A program made the position numbers and the translations under genes. Below are positions 26,235-40,889 of a stretch of DNA of 64,000 nt, in pieces. The notes under the pieces are model-generated. The model saw only the letters and a list, made by a program, of their open reading frames with translations. It did not search any database and had not been told where the DNA came from. Numbering within the stretch: the stretch's first letter is position 1; every line of letters begins with the position of its first letter. Source of the DNA: Octopus vulgaris (Eukaryota); contig OX597826.1 of assembly GCA_951406725.2 (NCBI GenBank), positions 35,650,001-35,714,000 on the forward strand, given 5' to 3'.

Positions 26235-27107
26235 GCATATATACACACATACATGTACATGCATGTATATGTACATGGGTACATGGGTACAGGTCGTTAA
26301 GAAAACATGAACAAAATGAGAAACAAGAACATAAAAAACAAAAGCATAGAGAACAAACATTTTTTCAAACAACGAAAGAAACAAATAGAGAAACTAGATA
26401 GGTAACATAAAGAACATTCCCTTCATTAATTGCTCTCTTTTATCTACTCTGCATTTTGAAGGTAGGGACAAGACGTGACTTTGTTAAAACAGTCCTTCCT
26501 GCAAAGCAAATTAAATAAAATTTGGGTTTTTTTTGCGGAGGGTTAAAGTGGTAACAAAAACAGGACAGTAAGAATACATATACACACATGCATACCATAT
26601 GTATGTATGTACATACGTATGTACACACACACACACACACATACAGAATTGAAGCATTAAATCTATGTTGCCAGTGGTATAGCTAACTTAAGGTTTTCAT
26701 AAAATGTTTCATCTGAATGTATTTTTGGCATGCAGTGTGACTGCTGTGGTTTCAATTCTCAGTTAAAGGAATTTTATTCTGCTGCATTTCCACCCTCAAC
26801 ACACTGATGCAAAGCAAAAGGTGGTGGAGGACAAGGTCAGAGGGGTGAATGGGTGCAAAATTACTTGTTTGTTATCAGGTCTGTTAATTAGATCAGAGAT
26901 TCTGAATAATGTCTTTTCTGCACTAAGAACATAACAAAGCTTTCGTGTGATACTGCTAAGTGTGTGGGATAAGCATGAATGATATAACTTCCCGTTTTCA
27001 CTCAAGATCATAAATGCTTAATGATTATTGAAATCAAACCCAATATTTTTACTCAGAGGTTAGTATTGAGTTAAAATTTTAGCCCAACGTTTGCAATATC
27101 AGGTTAG

Positions 27108-27278
27108 GGGATAAGATGATTACATCGATCCCAGTGCATAACTGGTACTTATTTTAGCAACCCTGAAAGGAGGAAGGGCAAAGTTAACTTCAGTGGATTT
27201 TGAACTTGGAATGAAAAGATGGACAAAATGCTGCTAGGCATGTTGCACAGCATGCTAATGATTCTGCCAGCTCGTTGC
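27108..27278 (-). mobile_element. Family B SINE
   Basis: Matches 46629-46845 in reverse. Confidence 0.65.
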
Positions 27279-27877
27279 TTGTACAAACGTAATAATTAAA
27301 ACCAAGAATAGTAATTCATAATTAGAGTCACAAGAAATGTGACATGTAGGTGTTTAACAAACATGTTATACTTGAATTCTAACACTGCTAAAGTTTAACA
27401 AATGACAATATTAATAGTAATGATAACAACAACAACAGCAACCACAACAATAGTGCTGATTCAAACAAAAGCTAAAAACGCATGTAATGGTTGAATGCTT
27501 CCTGACATTTGATAACTTTTTTATCTTCATTGAACTTATTCACCATTCAATTGCTTTAATTAATCTTGAACTTGTTTACACTACAGGAGATTTCCTATGA
27601 CAATGGATCATCGGAAATTCAGGATTAAATATTCTATGGTGACAGAACACCATGGAGGATTTCCTCAAAAGCTTTTATCATGTGTTCAGATGGTTCACTT
27701 TTGTTCTAACAAATAATACTATTTCCGTGCACTTTCGGTACTAAAGGTTCATGCTACATGAAATTTCTGAGAAGAACTAATGCTTGACTTTTCACCAAAA
27801 ACAGCCATTCTAAAACAAACCATGGACTCAACTAACATATTATGTGTGTGCATGCATGTGCATGTGTAAACACATAT

Positions 27878-28070
27878 ATCATCATCATTATCCTTTAACA
27901 TCCTTTTTATAAGATGGCATATGTTAGACAGTTTCACTGGAGCAGGAAATACCTGAGGCCACACCAGGTACTATTGTCCATTCTGGCATGGTTTCTATGG
28001 CTGGATGCCCTTTCTAATACCACCACTCCACACAGTGTATTGGGTGCTTTTTATTTGGTACCAGCACCAG
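27878..28070 (-). mobile_element. RTE 3' tail copy
   Basis: GGCTGGATGCCCTT...CCACTCCACA and (CAT)n match the RTE 3' UTR. Confidence 0.65.
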
Positions 28071-28429
28071 TATCAAATCTGCTGTGGTGGACAGGTCTTC
28101 TTAAGTACAACAAGGTGTCAGACACCTCTGACATTTATCATCTCATTTGTAAGGCTCAGTGTCTTGATATCAGCTTTCAGTATATCTATGTGTATATATT
28201 TATATGTGTGTGTATTATGTAGTTATATTATGGCATTTGAACCTCAAGGGTATGCCCTGGCACTTGCCACTATCTATATCTCTCTCTTCCGTTACTCAAA
28301 CATCTCATTTATACTCTGATCCCCGTTCCTTGTGAGCATGCCTGGCATTTTGTCACCATCTCCATCCTGCAGTATACCACTCTCTCACCCTCTCTCCTTC
28401 TCCTGCACTTCCCTCAGGCTGGGCAACCT

Positions 28430-28784
28430 CTTTTACTTATTTCAATCATTTGACTGTAGCCATGCTACCTTTAGTCGAGCAAATCGATCCCATGACTTAT
28501 TCTTTGTAACCCTAGTGCTTATTCTATCAGCCTCTTTTGCCGAACCACTAAGTTACAGGGACGTAAACACATCATATTCAGTTGTCAAGTGATGTTGGGG
28601 GGAAAAACACACACATACACTAAAAGAAGCCCATCGTATATACATACGATGGGCTTCTTTTAGTTTCCATCGACCAAATCCACTCACAGGGCTTTGGTCA
28701 ATCGGAGGCTATAGTAGAAGACACTTGCCCAAGGTGCCATGCAGTGGGGCTGATGCTGGAACCGCACAACCACTCCTGCGCCTA
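28430..28784 (-). mobile_element. Family A SINE containing a 21-bp-arm palindrome
   Basis: Reverse copy; palindrome at 28619-28664. Confidence 0.8.
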
Positions 28785-29687
28785 TACAACCATGTATTTT
28801 CTTTGCAGTAGCGCACCTGTTTCTGTTTTCTTCCCTGATCTTTCTCTCTCTGGCTGGGTAACCTTGTACTTCCTCTTCAGCAAGACAGCAATATTGTTTG
28901 AAGTAATTCAGGCTTGCACTGTGGTATCCAATTCTTCAGAGCTTCTTTCACATCTTCTATCTCATCAAATTATTTCCCACCAAAACTGACCTTCATTGAA
29001 TTAAACCAAATTGGTCAAAGCATGAAGATTCCAGATCCAGTCTGTATGGAGAATGGAAAACCACCACCTAGACCAATTTGCCGACTGCCAGATTTCTTGC
29101 AAAAGATGTGTGTTGCAGTGCATTGTCATGATGTAAGAAGATTTTTGCTAGGTATCTTCCTCGTGATGTGTTTTCCAAGATTTTTAACTCTCTCAATTTA
29201 TATCAACAATACAGAATCAAACAAATACATCAACCCAGTGCTCCTAGACTTGTAAATATTTATTTTTTCAGAACTTCATTTTGTAGAATTGTATAAGATT
29301 TTTCTTTGTTTTCTTCTTGGGATGATCATTAGTTTTGGTTCAGCAAATAAGTGCCTGAAGAGTTTGTTATTATCATCGTCAACTATGATGAAAATTATTT
29401 TGGTAGGATGGTCAATATAGACAAAAACAGGAAAGCATCTATGCAAAAATGTATACACTAATGTATATATGCTCATCTGTATATGCTACCTGTATACAAG
29501 TATAATCATGAATATACATATGCATACATATAGATATTAGTATGTGTGTGCATGTAATATCTATCTATCTATTCATCTATCTCTATATCTACCTATCTAT
29601 ATACACACACACACACATACAAATACACACATATATATATATACGTATAAACATACGCGCACACACACACACACATATATATATATA

Positions 29688-30050
29688 GAAGGTGTATGGC
29701 TCAGTGGTAAGAGCATCAAGCTTACAATCGTGCGATTGTGAGTTCGATTCCCGGACTGGGCTGTTTGTTGTGTTTTTGAGCAAGACACTTTATTTCATGT
29801 TGGCTCAGATCACTCAGCTGTAGAAATGAGTTGTGACATCACTGGTGCCAAGCTGTATCAGCCCCTTTGCCTTTTCCTTGGATAAGATGGGTGGCATGGA
29901 GAGGGGAGGCTGGTATGCATGGGAGACTGGTGGTCTTCCATAAAAACAACCTTGAGTTGTGCATTCACTGGTACGGTGACTTTCTGCCCAGACTTGTACC
30001 CTGGAAGGGAACCTCTCAGGTGCACCTATGGTCATTTGTGACCAACGGAG
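29688..30050 (+). mobile_element. Family C-type SINE with alternative tail
   Basis: A-box TGGCTCAGTGG, B-box GAGTTCGATTCC; tail also found at ~12150-12285. Confidence 0.8.
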
Positions 30051-30559
30051 TTAAATTTTTTTATACAGACATATATGCATATATAATATGTATGTATATA
30101 TGATATATATATATATATATATATATATATCAATATATATATTAATATAGATATATATATCCACGCATATATATGTACACACACACACGTATAGCTTTCT
30201 CATAGCTTTATACCTAAAGTGTCCTTCAGTTTTGAATGTCTTTGTAACTCTGCTGAAGCAAAAGATTAAAATACAAAAATGTCCTTCTTCAAAGATTCCT
30301 TACAATTATACAAACACAAAACCGAAAAGGCAGAAGACATATTTATATAACCATTTCACTTCAAATAAGATTGCGGCTGTTTTGCAAACTTCCTCATGTA
30401 GCAGTAATTTCTTCATTGTTGTCGTCATTACCATCATTACCACCATCATCATCATCACTAGAATCATCATAACCACTAGCATCATCATAACCACTAGCAT
30501 CATCACCATCAGCATCATCATCACCAGTATCATCATCACCAGCATTGCCATCATCATCA

Positions 30560-31230
30560 CTATCATCATCATTTAATATCTGTTCTCTATGTTAGCAAAG
30601 ATAGTTTGACAAGAGCTGGCAAGCCAGAGGGCTATGTCAAAGTTCTGTTGCCTGCTTTCTACAGCTGGATGCCTTTCTTAATGCCAATCGCTTTACAGTG
30701 GGTACCGTGTGCTTTTCATGTGGTCCAGCTCTGGCAGAGTCACCATGCAACTTGCGACACAAGACAAAGTCCCCTCAACTGGGTTGGGGGGGATAGCAGT
30801 AGTATTGAGGGAGGAGGTTTTGTGGCAGTTGATATGAGGTTGAAAGAATAATAGAGAGGGAAAGATGGAGATAGGTGACTTGTTGTAAAGGAGATACAAA
30901 GATACCTCAGTTGGAGGAGAATGGAGAGAAAGAGAGACTAAGAGAGAAAGGTAGTGATGGAGAGAAAGGGAGACTTAGAGAGAAAGATAGTGATGGAGAG
31001 AGTGGGAGAGATGGTGGTGGGTAATTGTGAGGACCGAATCTCAAAGGACATGTTGGTGGATGAATATAGGTGAAGTGATACGGAGGATTGGACTGGACGA
31101 GGTTACAGTGGGGAAAATTTCATAAGAATGTAAGGGGAGGCTGGTTGATTTGTTAGAAGTGGCCTTTTCCAGCTTCTTGGATGCCCTATCTGTTATCTGG
31201 TTTACCTTGTGACATGTCTGGCCCACTAAA
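30560..31230 (-). mobile_element. Diverged RTE 3' region
   Basis: 3' UTR motifs plus degraded ORF C-terminus (QGKP.. corresponding to RGRP). Confidence 0.55.
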
Positions 31231-32116
31231 ACTTATGCTTTCAATATTGTGTTCACATCATTCACTCCACTCTATTCTCAGATGACCACATTTCAATCAG
31301 AGGCTGCTAACAATTTACATATAGTTCTACACAAATGCCTATAACACCCCTCCTTGTTCACTCAAACCCTGTTTCCTTGACTCCAACTGACTTTGACAAG
31401 GACTCCCTTGGCAACTCTTTTTGGTTTTCTAGCATCAGATTTGCAAACTTAGAACAAATATGCATTGTTGACTGAATACATCTCCCTTGAGTCACATTTA
31501 ATACTTCCAACAAGAGAACATGTCAGAACATTAACACTGTATTGCAGGAACCCCAATACAAAATATGTTTGATTGCTGAAAGACTTACCATTGTCTTGGA
31601 AGATTTCAGATACTTCAGGGGGTAACATAAAGCTGTCTCAACATATAATTATGGTATTAGATTTATGAGTTCAAAAATAGTGTTGGGATACAAATAGAGA
31701 TGCTTGTCTGAAATATGGTGGACACTGTTATATAGAATTGATATTGATTCTGAGAATATTTAGGATGATGTATTTTCAAATTCTGAATCTGATGCCAAGT
31801 GGAAGCTGTTATGGATAGAAATCCCGATTTGGATCTATCAACCGTGGTTTTGATTACATGTCATTATTTCATCTATCTTATGATTTTTACATATAGTTTT
31901 CTTTTTTTTTCCTGTAAAATACTTTGATTTTGGTAAGTTTCTGATTTCCCCTGAAATTTAGCTTTGTCAAACTAAGAAGTATTTTATTGAGTGGCAGGAT
32001 CTATCATACACACATACATGTCTACATATGTACACATGCACACACACACACTACATATAAACAAACATATGAATATTATAAATAATGTAAACATTTGTGT
32101 GTGTGTGAGTACATGA

Positions 32117-32149
<33 letters not shown>

Positions 32150-32897
32150 TGTATACATGTGTGCATGTGTACATATATATAGCTATATACATATATCATA
32201 TATAAACATATATATTGCAGATTCTATATACATTTATATATATGTATGTATACATATATAAAGACACACACACACCAATATATCTATATATATGTATGCA
32301 TACATATACACACATATGTATAAGTAAACAGCTCATGTATATGAAAACATACACATATATGTGGATGTGTTTGTAAATAGCCTTCTAGATGTATGCACTG
32401 TCTGAAATAAGAGATTGAGAATTACTGTGAGGAAACATGGAATATTCTTTTATATGTATAGATTATTATTCAGTAAACAAACAAACATACAATCATACAT
32501 ACATAGATACATACATACATACATATGTATGTTGTATACATATATATATATACACACACACACACACATATAGATACATATATATATATATATATATACA
32601 TACATACATACATACAGATATGTATGTATGCATGTACATATGTATGTGTATATATAGAGAGAGAGCGATAAACAGATGGATATATATATATATATATATA
32701 TATGCATGTATGAACACATACATACAGCTGATGAACAGCAGACAATAATGGTAAAATATCAACAGACAAAAATAATCAGCCATATACAACAGAACAGCAT
32801 TCATTTCTTTTACTTCCATATTTTTTTGCATGTGTAGACTGCAATATAATTCTATACACATGTATCAACACACAATTACATCTGTCTATACACACAT

Positions 32898-32971
<74 letters not shown>

Positions 32972-33439
32972 GTATATAAATTTATCTGAATCCACACATA
33001 CAGACACACACACATACACACCTGTGTTTATATGAGACTATAGCAGGAGCTAATCTACATATTATGTTGAAAACCCTTCAATAAGATGTAAAATTGCATT
33101 TTATACAATTTTATGTTGAATATTTCATGCAAATATTTCTATGGTTGGTAATGGGAGATTGTAAAAGATCTTATCTCCATAAATGTATTCTTTCCTATTG
33201 ATACTTTCAACATCTTGTCCATCATGTTTAACGTTTTATGGCAGAGCACAACCAAAAAGTATAAATTTCTTTTCTAAAGCTAAATGCCTGTATATATTTT
33301 ATCAATATTAAACTACGCAGAAATATTCTCACACACACACATATGCACATACATAAAAGTACGTATATGTGCTTATATATCAAATATACATATATAATAT
33401 AATGTACATAAATAAATAAGACCACCACTATTACCATCA

Positions 33440-33835
33440 TCCTCACCATCATTTAGCATCTGTTTTCCATGCTGACAGGTTACATAGTTTGACAGAAACT
33501 GACAAACCAGAGAGCAGCATCAGTCTCCAGCCTGTTTTGGCTTCATTTCTATGGCTGGATGCCCTTCCTAATGCCAACCACTCCACAGTGTGTAGTAAAT
33601 ATATATATAAATATTTACTGCACATATATATATATCAAAATAACCAATACTAGTGGCACATAAAAAGCACCCACTACACTCTCAGAGTGGTTGGCATTAG
33701 GAAGGGCATCCAGCAGTAGAAACCTTACCAAATCAGACCGGGGTTTGGTGCAGCCTCCCAGTTTACCAGTTCTCAGTCAAAGAGTCCAACCCATGCCAGC
33801 ATGGAAAGCAGACATTAAACAACAATGATGATGAA
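33440..33835. mobile_element. Two RTE 3' tails in inverted (head-to-head) arrangement
   Basis: 33440-33595 minus and 33652-33835 plus both match 54640-54823; another plus copy at 34128-34310. Confidence 0.8.
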
Positions 33836-34680
33836 GAAATATGTATACATAAATATATATATATTATGTATGTGTGTGTATATACATATATATACATGAG
33901 TGTGTGTGTGTGCGTGGTGACATGGTTGTGCACTTAAGTAGCATTTTTTCCTTAACATACAGTTTTGGCTCAGTGCTAATGCTTGACATCTTGGGCAGTT
34001 GACTCTTATTGTAAATCTGACTTAAACCAAAATTTTGATGGAAACTAAAAGAATCCCAAGACATACACACACACAGAGACTCAGGCATATATATGGCTGT
34101 GAGTTATTTGTTCACCTCACTAGTACTTTTGGCATGAAAAAAGCATCCTGTACACTCTGTGATATGGTTGGCATGAGGAAGGGCATCAAGCCAGAGAAAA
34201 AAAGGCCAAAGCTGACATTGGGGTTCAAATGGTCTTACATTTCATTGGATCCTGGTTAAACTGTCCAGCTAATGCCAGCATGGAAACAGATATTAAATGA
34301 TGATGATGATATATACGTATGTATACATGTATACATGCATACCTGTTTATGTATAAATATATATACATTGATGTTAATGCAAGTAGGTTCTAAAGACTAA
34401 ATGTGCATTTAACAGGAAATTATCACATATTCACATCATTCTCTCTTCACTGATATCTAATGTGTCACATTATAATCCTTGGATGTACGTGAGTGTGTGC
34501 ACGTAAAAGAAAGGGAGATAGTGAGATACAGTTGTCAAGAGTCCCACCCTTGAGGGATCAATGCTAGAGGTGTTAAAACAATTATCATGATTAATAATAA
34601 ATTCTCGTATATTCTATCTTCTGTCTTTCAGCACAGGCATGGCTGTGTGGTAAGAAGCTTGCTTCCCAACCACATGGTTC

Positions 34681-34911
34681 CAGGCCTAAAGTCACCCAAA
34701 AGTAAATCAAAATTCCATAAATACTTAATATTCATTCCAATTATGAATGTTTAATGAATGAACTCTGTGAGTTAAAATCACCATTTTGGGGGTTTTTTTT
34801 TCAACATTTGTCTATTTATTAGCGAAGTCTCCTTTAAAACAATTTTTTGTTTTAATCTTGGAATGAACTGGTTTTTGATTTACTCCCAGGGGACTTTTGG
34901 CCAACCCTGTA
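34681..34911. mobile_element. Tc1/mariner-type MITE
   Basis: Right TIR GGGACTTTTGGCCAACCCTG-TA; truncated left TIR GGCCTAAAGTCACCC. Confidence 0.5.
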
Positions 34912-35530
34912 TATTCAGTGAAATATGTCACAGATATACCAGTTGAAGAAGAAGTAAAATATCTCTTTCGGGTATAATTTGAAGAAACATGAACTCCACA
35001 AGGGTGGCATGCTTTGGGTATATTAAACCAATATAATGGCTTCAATGCTTTTCCAAGGCTTACTTGTTATATCAAACTCTTCGTTATCAATACAATTATG
35101 ATAAGATAACGAGTGTTCATTTAATTTGCTAGAAATGGCAGCCAAATCTTTCTTGTTGGTAACTTAGTATCACATTGGATAATATAGTCTTAGATACACT
35201 ATGTTTGGGATGGACAGATAGAACAACTCTGAAAATGGGAATGCTCATGTAAGTCTGAGCTGGAGCAGAGCAACAATGGTGACAATGATGAGGATGGCAA
35301 TGAGAACAACAGTGGCAATGGCAGAGATGACGGTAGTGGTGTTGACAATGTGAAACAACGACAATAATAATATTGGTGATGACAATGACAACTACAACGA
35401 TGATGATGATTACAACAATGATATCTACAGCAACAACAACAACACCTAAAGTAATAGCAATCCCTATATGTCAGCAGCTCCCTTATTTGAACCCAGTTTT
35501 TACTCCAATGAACCACGTGTAGCAGACATA

Positions 35531-35940
35531 TTCTTTTACTTGTTTCAGTCATTTTGACTGTAGCCATGCTGGAGCACTGCTTTTAGTCAAGAAAAATAGA
35601 CCCCCAGGACTTATTCTTTGCAAGCCTAGTACTTATTAAATCAGTTTCTTTTGCCGAACCGCTAAGCTACAGGGACATAAATACCAGCATCAGTTGTCAA
35701 GCAGTGCTGAGGGTGACAAACACATGCACACACACATACATGATGGGCTTCTTTTAGTTTCCAGCTACCAAATCCACTCACAAGGCTTTGGCTGGCCCGA
35801 GAATGCAGTAGAAGACACCTACCCAAGGTACCATGCAGTGGGAGTGAACCTGGAACCATGTGGCTGGTAAGCAAACTACTTACCACACAGCCACCTCTGC
35901 ATGCACACACACACACACACACACACATATTTATATATAT

Positions 35941-35983
<43 letters not shown>

Positions 35984-36158
35984 CATACACACACACAACA
36001 GGCTTCTTTCAGTTTCCATCTACCAAACCCACTTATAAGGCTTTGGTCAGCCTGAGGCTATAGTAGAAGACACCTGCCCGAGGTGCCACACAGTGGAACT
36101 GAACCCGGAACCATGTGGTTGGGAAGCAAGCTTCTTACCACACAGCCACTACTGCACC
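35531..36158 (-). mobile_element. Family A SINE plus a second SINE head
   Basis: 35531-35900 full copy and 35997-36158 5' half, both minus. Confidence 0.8.
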
Positions 36159-37294
36159 TATACATATCTATAAATTCATGACCCAACAGTCGCTAAATGA
36201 ATGCACAACCGACCATGCTATATTTTGTCTCAATTTATGTGTGAATATTATAAGAAACATTAAAACCCACTCTTTATGATCTCCACAAGTTGTTCTGCTT
36301 GTTTCTTTGATTTATTACCCGATTCCATTGTGTCTGTCTTCTCAAATATTGCTTCTCACTTCTTCCAACAATAACCAAAGTCTCCGGACTTCACAACTAC
36401 TACATCATCTCACTGTTTATTTTTCTGATTTATGTTAGACTTGGTTGAGCCGTGGTGGTGATAAAGGTATTGATGTTGAGGTGGTGGTGTAGTTGTTGTT
36501 GTTGTTGCGGTGGTGGTGGTGGTGGTGGTGGTGTGCCAGAGGTGATTATAAGCACAAGACTGTCACAAATAGACAAGAACAGTAAATAAAAATAATTGCA
36601 AGACTCGGTAATTATTGCAGGACTGCATCGAAGAGATGGGGGATATATTGGCACTGCGAGGGAGGAAGCGCTAACAACAAATGAAGACAACTTTTCCAAA
36701 GATTCAGTTTGCCTGCAACTTGCCATTCCACTACAGAAACATAACGAAAACAACACTCATTATTGTTGTTGTTGTCATTGCTGTCATCCTCCTCTACACT
36801 TCCTACAACTCTTTTTCTTCTAATTATTGGTTTTAATTCATCCTTGTATCGTTTTCAGTTATTTTGACTTTGTGGCCCATAAAAGAAATTATTTGTGTGC
36901 TTTACGTCTATTTTTCCATGCTAGTATGGATTTGATGGATACACATTTATGAAGCTTTTTTTTTATAGACCTCGTTACTAACCCTTAGCTGTATTTCAGG
37001 TAAGGGATCTTCTTAGTCGATTCATCAGTTGCACATGCTTTCCCATTCCCAAAAATCTTTCTCCAGCTTTTGTAAGGCATTGTGACCAAAGTCTACTTTT
37101 ACTGCAAATCCAGGGATTATTTCATCGGCCTGCAGAAATTCATTCGTCCATTCTCTAGCGATTCACATCAGTTGCCACAGTTGCTGATCACCTGATGATT
37201 TGCCTTCGGTGTTGGTTTCCCATTCTTTAACACTTTTGTTGTATATCTTTCGGAATACAGTAAATCATTCTCCTCTTCCTTCTCCTCCTCCTCC

Positions 37295-37485
37295 TCATCA
37301 TCATCATTTAGCATCCATTTCCCAGGCTGGCATGGGTTAGACGGTTTGACTGTAACTGATAAACCGGAGCTGCACCAAACTCCAGTCAGATTTTGGCTTG
37401 GTTTCTACAGCTGGATGACCTTCTTAACACCAACCACTCCAAGAGTGTAGTGGGTGCCTTTTATGTGTCACTGTCACAGGTGCCC
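37295..37485 (-). mobile_element. RTE 3' tail copy
   Basis: Matches the RTE 3' UTR with (CAT)n. Confidence 0.8.
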
Positions 37486-37489
37486 TTTC

Positions 37490-37818
37490 AATTAATTCTT
37501 AAAATAATGAACAATTTCCTAAAGTAACCAGGTTACTATTAAACTAACATTTGCAACATAAGTTAACGAGAAATTTTGATGATCAGTTTAAATTCAATCC
37601 TTTAAAATTTAAACTGACCACAATCCGGCCCGAATATTCTATCAGTTATATCTTCAAACTGGCCAGATCTGGCTTCTCACACCTACACTGCAATGTTATT
37701 CTTAAACTAGACAATCACCTCAACAAAATATTGAAGTTATGAGTTAACACAGGATTAAAAACAATATGAATGAATAAGCATCACATTTGAGAGAGAATCT
37801 GAATGCTAAAAGGTTTTA
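37490..37818. mobile_element. piggyBac-like MITE fragment
   Basis: Ends GAATGCTAAAAGGTTTTAA (degenerate ...AAAGGG-TTAA terminus); related sequence at ~17940-18295. Confidence 0.35.
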
Positions 37819-38532
37819 AATCACTCTAAAATAGGAAATTTGTGTCACAAAAGTAGAAGTGATCTCAGGGAGTTTTGCATTGGAAGGGACAACTTCTTAA
37901 ACTCCTCTGGGCACATTGCTCTTGTAAATGGTGCCACTTCTATAAACAAGAACATTCTGCAGAGATCAGACACCCAGCATGTCTCTGTTGTCAAGAACTC
38001 ATTAACTGAATGCTGCTTGTGCTTGGAACCCATTACTTGCCTGCAATGTAAAAGAACAGGAAGGAGGGCTGCTATATAGACAGAAATACAAGGTCATCGT
38101 CAACTTACGACCACAAATGGTTCCAAGTGACTGGTCCTAAGTCGGCATATAAGCCTGCATAGTTTTGTTTTATAGTTTTACATTCTTAAGGGACATTCTC
38201 AGGTAAAAGTTACACACAGAATTCTGTATCATACTATTATACTGGCATCAGTCAAACATTTCCAAGTCTCAAGCAGTCATAAACAAATAAAAGGTAGCCT
38301 CGATGTCTCCACATTAGGATAGACATCCAACACAGTGGCGATCAATAACCAAACCTCGGGGAAGTGTTTGTTGGCTGACCTCATCTGTAGATGGGTTAAT
38401 TTCGAAAAAAATTAACCCCATTAGATTTCAACTGGACTATTTATTATTGCTGCTGGGAGTTGGCACGCCAATCATTGTGAAGCCAACTGGTTGTAAGTAG
38501 ACTATGACCTGCATGTATCTATAGATAGATAG

Positions 38533-38572
<40 letters not shown>

Positions 38573-39571
38573 ATGCGTGTGTAGAAGTGATCTTCAATGT
38601 AAACCTGAAGCCAGAATAACACTACAGGTCTACAGTCTGGCCCATGAAAGCATGAAAAGTAGTGGATCAAACACTGGTGATGAGGATGATGATGATGTTG
38701 ATTTGATGATGATGAAAATGGTGAAGAGAAGGAGAAAAATGAGGATGAGGTTGTTGAAGAAAGTGATGATGATAATCATTGTCATGAAGATGGTGGTGGT
38801 GGTAGGAGGACAATGATGAGGAGGAGGAGTAAAAGACAGCAGCAATGATGATGACAATGATGAAGGTAGTGATGATGATGTTGATGATGATTTTGATGAT
38901 GATGATGAACTAACCAAGTGATTAATCATTTCATCTTCATTTTCATCTCATTCTATATTTGCCAAATTCTATCTTTTTAATTTGTCCATCCTGTCATTTG
39001 GTTTGTTCTGAAAGCCTCTTTCAGTTCTGCCGCTAAAACTTAGAAGCATTCAAAGTTCCTTTCAAGAATTGTGACCTTTTTTTATTGTTTTTTTTTCTTT
39101 CTGTTGTCTTGTTTCAGTCAATTCTGAGATTACTTCCAATCTTCAGATATTGTCCAACCAATGTCGTTTAATGTGACAATGCTTCTCATTCCAAGTCATG
39201 TCTTTTAATTCTTCATCTACTTCTCTAACAATGACTACTACTACTACTGCTGCTGCTGCTGCTAACACCACAAATACTGCTAATGCCGCTTTATATATAA
39301 ATGTACACATTCATATGTGTGCATGTATGTGTGTATGTGTGTGTCCAAGGAATGAAAGGGGAGAACTTGATATTTAAAGATATCTCTCTATCTATCTATG
39401 TGTGTATATCGATCTATAAAACTACAGACACAGATATGTGGATGAATACAAATATAGAAGAGAAGTATGTAGGAAGACACTCAAATAGGCAGATGACTGG
39501 AGTGGTGGTCTGAATAGGACTGGATATTACTATAATATACTACAATATAATATAGTATATTATATTAAATT

Positions 39572-39830
39572 AGTTTAAAGATACATCTTGCAGATACTCT
39601 GGGATGCATTGTCAGTGATGTTTCCAAGGTTTCAGGGTGTTAAGGATCTTTCAACATAAGAACCCCTTCGCCCAGTTGACCCCCTCCCACCTCCCCAGGG
39701 TTGACCAAGACTCAACATGCATCCCAATGGCAACAAAGTACCGGTCTGTCCACTTTATCCAAAGCCATCTAGTGGCCTTCTTTACAGCCTCATTGTTGGA
39801 ACTTAATTCCAACTTCTTTGCTTGCTTATA
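39572..39830 (-). pseudogene. 3' end of a HERO/R2-like RLE non-LTR retrotransposon
   Basis: NEAVKKATRWLWIK resembles the AAEKASRWLW C-terminal motif, followed by a short structured 3' UTR. Confidence 0.55.
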
Positions 39831-40681
39831 GCAGGGAAACATTTACAATATTACATATGACTCTTCGTGTGAGGGCTTAGCCGGATGGTTACTCCTTTTT
39901 ATAAAGCGAATCTTACTGCTAGACTCCACCAAACTATGAAACCACTGGTGCCAACCGATACACATATTGCTTTCTAAAGGCAGCGAGCTGGCAGAATCAT
40001 TAGCACACCAGGCAAAATGCTTAGCAGCGTTTCATTCAGCTTTATGTTCTGAGTTCAAATCTACCGAGGTTGACTTTGTCTTTTATCCTCTAGTGTAATA
40101 TATAGATAGTACAATGTGGTTGATGTGGCTGTGTGTTATGCTATCACAAGAGTTCATACAGAGATGAATAAACAAATACAAGATCTATACTTTTACTACA
40201 TAAAAATATATTTAATTATTCATTTAGTGAAAACACATAGTCTCAAGTTGTAGTAGCAAAAAAAGTTCAGAGGTAGGAAGTGTAAGACAACAGTGAAGGG
40301 GTGGCTTTCAGTCATATCGGCTATGTGGCATAGAGAAATAGACAGACATAGCAACAACGTGAATGGCTCTAAGTCTAATCAACTAAGAAGCAAAAAGCTG
40401 GGTTAACAAGCTGCTTTTATTAATGGGACACTAGACATTCTAGAAACTTCCAAACGTAACACCAAGCTTCTTGAATAATCAAGAATCATGTTTCATGACA
40501 CAGATATTTCGGGAATCTTAGTTGAATGATCTCCTTTCCAAGAAAGATCATAGAGTAACCTCTCTTTCTATCTTCAGGGTTGACAAAATAAGTACCAGCT
40601 GTGTGCTGGGGATTGATGCAATTGGCTTACCTCATTCTCTGAAGCTACTGGCCTTGCACCAATATCTGAAACCAATGTTAC

Positions 40682-40889
40682 ATATTCTTTTCTACTCTAG
40701 GCACAAGGCCTAAAAATTTTTAGGGAGAGGGCCAGTCGATTAGATCGACCCCAGTACTCAACTGGTACTTAATTTATCGACCCCGAAAGGATGAAAGGCA
40801 AAGTTGATCTCAGTGAAATTTGAACACAGGACGTAAAGATAGATGAAACGCCGCAAAGCATTTCGCCCAGTGTGCTAACGTTTCTGCCA
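40682..40889 (-). mobile_element. Family B SINE
   Basis: Near-complete reverse copy of 46629-46845; partial plus copies at 39979-40090 and 40565-40680. Confidence 0.85.

Noticed and set aside
29688-29760. tRNA gene
   Set aside because: A/B boxes are present but there is no proper cloverleaf; it continues into a SINE body
37840-38079. Non-repetitive 62-79 aa ORFs on both strands
   Set aside because: No motif or clear splice structure; adjacent to a possible pogo/Tigger-like end at ~38088-38150 that I cannot confirm
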